DNA of 9,858 nucleotides from a virus (taxonomy: Duplodnaviria; Heunggongvirae; Uroviricota; Caudoviricetes), in IMG/VR virus record IMGVR_UViG_2711768004_000003. The stretch is one strand, 5' to 3'. Below are positions 7,279 to 9,858 of the stretch, piece after piece (the stretch's first letter is position 1; each line of letters starts with the position of its first letter). The translations under genes were made by a program, and so were the position numbers. The notes beneath the pieces were generated by a model that saw nothing but the letters and a program-made list of their open reading frames with translations, was not told the origin of the DNA and ran no database searches.

Positions 7279-7282
7279 GCAC

Positions 7283-7669
7283 CTACATAATTCGTTCTAC
7301 GTATCTGTCCATCTCCAGCCGGATATCAAGCATCATCAACATGCCATCAATAACCCCTTCCGCTTTCTGCAGGCGCTTGCCAATACAGGTATCCGAACAC
7401 CCATGTTTCCGTGCCAGACTCATAAAAGTCATTCCACCTACGTAATAATCCACCAGCAAATCGTGCAAATCCTGATTTTTCTTGTTCAACCGGGCCATAC
7501 AGCCACAAATTATCATTGCATCATCATCAGAACACTGAGGGCGTGATTTCACTTTCGACGGAATTAACCCTTTAAAACCAGCAGCGATCGACGCCCAGGA
7601 TACATCTTCATGAGTGTTTGCAGCCCAAGCCCCCCACCGTTCCATAACCTGCTGAATATCACGCGCCAT
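7283..7669 (-). CDS. Q: Late-gene antitermination protein Q (QuuD/YbcQ-like)
   Basis: 128-aa product [35 protein letters not shown]...[16 protein letters not shown]...[32 protein letters not shown] resembles DLP12 QuuD and the Phage_antitermQ family. ATG at 7669 has AGGTGA 5 nt upstream and overlaps rusA by 11 nt. Confidence 0.8.
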   Translation of the reverse strand: MARDIQQVMERWGAWAANTHEDVSWASIAAGFKGLIPSKVKSRPQCSDDDAMIICGCMARLNKKNQDLHDLLVDYYVGGMTFMSLARKHGCSDTCIGKRLQKAEGVIDGMLMMLDIRLEMDRYVERIM

Positions 7670-8030
7670 CGTTATCACCTGTGATTTCATAAATCTTCAC
7701 GCCCAGTCGCCCACCAGGAACGAGCTGACCGCGCACAATATTGATTTCATCAAACTGCTCGTCGTCTATGAGTAGTCCGGCATGCGTCAGCGCATCCAGT
7801 GGTGCTTTCAGGATATTGTCCAGGTCACGACGGCGCTTATCCGGTGGCTCTGCAATAATCTTTATCGCCAGCCTTCCGGACAGGTTTAATTTCAGCCGCT
7901 GCTGGCGAACAATTAGCGTCACATCACGGCGATAACGCTCACCAACTTTTGATACAAAATATGTGCTGCCACGACGTCGCCAGTAAGTATTCACCGTCGG
8001 CGGATAAGGTAAAATAAACTCATGGCGCAT
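7659..8030 (-). CDS. rusA: Holliday junction resolvase RusA
   Basis: 123-aa product with RusA hallmarks ([38 protein letters not shown]). ATG at 8030-8028 overlaps the upstream stop as ATGA. Position just upstream of Q is typical of the nin region. Confidence 0.9.
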   Translation of the reverse strand: MRHEFILPYPPTVNTYWRRRGSTYFVSKVGERYRRDVTLIVRQQRLKLNLSGRLAIKIIAEPPDKRRRDLDNILKAPLDALTHAGLLIDDEQFDEINIVRGQLVPGGRLGVKIYEITGDNDGA

Positions 8031-8287
8031 CAGCGCAGCACCTCCTGCACCATTTTTTCAAACTTTCCAACTTTGGTTTCCAGCTCTGCCACACAATCAA
8101 CGAGCTCATCCACCGCTTTTTGTGCGCGATGTTTCGCCTGCATCAGTTCCCTGAGCGCTGGCACCATATCCCGACGAATGGCATCTTTTGTTACACCTGT
8201 TTTTTCCAGTTGTTCCGCCTGTCGCAACATTTCCTGCGCGTGTTTACGCAATTGTTCAGAGGTAAAAGTCATTGTCTGGTTGTTCAA
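8030..8287 (-). CDS. Hypothetical small protein (nin-region ORF, helical/coiled-coil-like)
   Basis: 85-aa ORF coupled at both ends: its TTG start overlaps the helicase stop (TTGA) and its stop overlaps the rusA start. The product is charged and helical-looking (EQLRKHAQEMLRQAEQLEK...). An internal ATG at 8272 is an alternative start. No homolog recognised. Confidence 0.55.
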   Translation of the reverse strand: MNNQTMTFTSEQLRKHAQEMLRQAEQLEKTGVTKDAIRRDMVPALRELMQAKHRAQKAVDELVDCVAELETKVGKFEKMVQEVLR

Positions 8288-9675
8288 AAGAAACGCTCCA
8301 TCTTACTGCTGTCGGTACGTGTATTGCTGTATCTGCGCGGCTGGGGCTGCCGCATTGGGGTGGAAAGAACCTGTGCGCTTTCCTGGTCCACAGGCAGAAA
8401 ATGTCCGTTATAAAAACGCCGGTAAATCGTCCCCAGAGAACCGTTACGTTGTTTCGTGATATTAATTTCTGCTATGCCTGTAGCCTGTGTATCCGGGTTG
8501 TACACTTCATCCCTGTAAAGCATCAGAATGATGTCTGCATCCGCCTCTATTTCTCCGGAATTTTTCAGGTCTGAGTTCATGGGACGTTTATTGGGTCTGG
8601 ACTCCACACCGCGGGAGAGCTGGCTCAGCGCAATCAACGGAAAACCACCGGATTTTGCCAGGCCTTTAAGCCCCTTTGAGATTTCACCCACGGCAAGGTC
8701 ATGACGCCCCGTGGTTCGGGTTTTTATCAGCCCGAGATAATCAACCACCACCAGCGCCGTTTCCGGATGTTTAATCAGATGGTGTTTCGTTGTTGCGCAT
8801 ATCTCATCAATGGTCAGGTTCGCCTGGTCCACCATCCAGATATTGCGCCCGGTCATCCGCCCCACCCCTTGTGAGAAACGCGCCCAGTCTTCATCTTCAA
8901 AGTGAGCCACAGATTTCAGGCGTGATACTGGCATCCCTCCAGCCGCAGACACCATACGTTCACCAATCTGGATGTTCGCCATCTCCATGGTGAACAGAAG
9001 CACACCATGCCCCTGCTCAGTCACCTTGTCGATGATGTCCAGCGCAAGTTCGGTTTTCCCCATCGAAGGACGGGCGGCAATGAATACCAGGTCTCCGGGC
9101 TCCATACCGCCTGTTTTTGCGTCCAGTTCATCAATACCGGTCATCAACGTCCTGGATTTCTCCAGCCCCTGATTCCGGCATTCAACACGCTCAACCACTT
9201 CCGGAAGCACATCATCAATATGTACCGGCTGAATGACGCCCTTTCCTGTCGACAGTGTGACCATCATGTTCTGCGCATCCTTCAGGGCATCTTCAGCTGC
9301 TTCACAGGTATGCGCATCACGTAATTTCTGCAGCGCCTCATTCAGTGTTTTTTCTGCATCGCGCAGTGCGGCATTGCGCCGCAACGCTGCAACATAGTGC
9401 TCCAGTGAAGACTTCACCCAGGTTTTACGCCCGGTATCAGTAATCACCGGGGCAAGTTCCGGCATCTCATTACACAACAGCACGGGGTCAATCACTCCTG
9501 AAACACGGGCCTGTCTGCAGATGCCTGTGTAGATATCCCGATACGCTCGTACAGAAAAAATGTCCGCCGGTAGTGTGATCAGAATATCCATCACTTCATG
9601 ATCTGCCCCACGCAGAAAGAATGCGCCAATGACAGCGCCTTCCAGGTCATCATTACGCCAGACTGGTGTTGTCAT
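8284..9675 (-). CDS. Replicative DNA helicase, DnaB family (phage P / P22 gp12 analogue)
   Basis: 463-aa product from ATG 9675-9673 with GAGGTG upstream. Walker A (AARPSMGKTELAL), DnaB-like motifs (DEDWARF, ALSQLSRGVESRPNKRPMNSDLKNSGEIEADADIILMLYRDEVY, KQRNGSLGTI) and a DnaB-like N-terminal domain. The ORF-track GTG start at 9816 adds 47 implausible residues. Confidence 0.9.
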   Translation of the reverse strand: MTTPVWRNDDLEGAVIGAFFLRGADHEVMDILITLPADIFSVRAYRDIYTGICRQARVSGVIDPVLLCNEMPELAPVITDTGRKTWVKSSLEHYVAALRRNAALRDAEKTLNEALQKLRDAHTCEAAEDALKDAQNMMVTLSTGKGVIQPVHIDDVLPEVVERVECRNQGLEKSRTLMTGIDELDAKTGGMEPGDLVFIAARPSMGKTELALDIIDKVTEQGHGVLLFTMEMANIQIGERMVSAAGGMPVSRLKSVAHFEDEDWARFSQGVGRMTGRNIWMVDQANLTIDEICATTKHHLIKHPETALVVVDYLGLIKTRTTGRHDLAVGEISKGLKGLAKSGGFPLIALSQLSRGVESRPNKRPMNSDLKNSGEIEADADIILMLYRDEVYNPDTQATGIAEINITKQRNGSLGTIYRRFYNGHFLPVDQESAQVLSTPMRQPQPRRYSNTRTDSSKMERFF

Positions 9676-9790
9676 GCAGCCACACCTCTGATACAAGAAC
9701 GGTAGCTGGGCCAGTTGAACGACAACCAGTTGCGCCCCCCGTCTGTGATCCTGTCGGCAATGCGGGGGCTGATGAACGCTGGATTTGCCC

Positions 9791-9858
9791 CTATATTTCC
9801 AGACACCTGTTATCACTTAACCCATTACTGGCTTGCTGCCGTAGATATTCCCGTGGCG
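9791..9858 (-). CDS. 3' end of an upstream gene running off the window edge (possibly the replication initiator)
   Basis: An open frame enters from the right edge and ends at a TAG at 9793-9791 (C-terminal peptide PREYLRQQASNGLSDNRCLEI). Identity is suggested only by its position upstream of the helicase. Confidence 0.3.
   Translation of the reverse strand, partial: PREYLRQQASNGLSDNRCLEI

Noticed and set aside
6906-7445. ORFs in the Q-to-moron intergenic region (6906..7136 minus, 7054..7278 minus, 7146..7445 plus)
   Set aside because: They overlap the candidate promoters and terminator and the Q coding region, have no SD, and give low-complexity products.
9676-9816. 47-residue GTG-initiated extension of the helicase ORF to 510 aa
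   Set aside because: The extension is Cys/Arg-rich with no DnaB resemblance; an ATG at 9675 with a GAGGTG SD starts where the DnaB-like N-terminal domain begins.

Overview
This window is a lambdoid (mosaic) prophage segment of an enterobacterial, E. coli-like host, with every gene on the minus strand. Read 5'->3' on the minus strand (9858 down to 1) the order is: 3' end of an upstream replication gene; DnaB-type replicative helicase; an 85-aa hypothetical; RusA resolvase; Q-type late antiterminator; a pR'-like late promoter with a short terminated leader; a self-contained moron (own promoter, ORF6N-like gene, strong terminator); a tight four-tRNA cluster (Ile2-CAU, Arg-UCU, Thr-UGU, Gly-UCC); a 351-nt run of N; a phage-21-type lysis cassette (S pinholin truncated by the N run, SAR endolysin R, Rz with embedded Rz1); HNH endonuclease; a GC-rich candidate cos region; terminase small and large subunits; a small membrane-protein ORF; an HK97-family portal gene; and a strong terminator. 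Protein identifications rest on my own recognition of the translated ORFs, not on database searches. The most notable points are the moron and the N block, both sitting in the Q-to-lysis hotspot where lambdoid phages carry cargo such as Shiga toxin; the tRNA set for A-ending codons; and a portal gene whose only well-supported start is out of frame with its conserved body. No CRISPR array, rRNA, transposase or integrase is visible.
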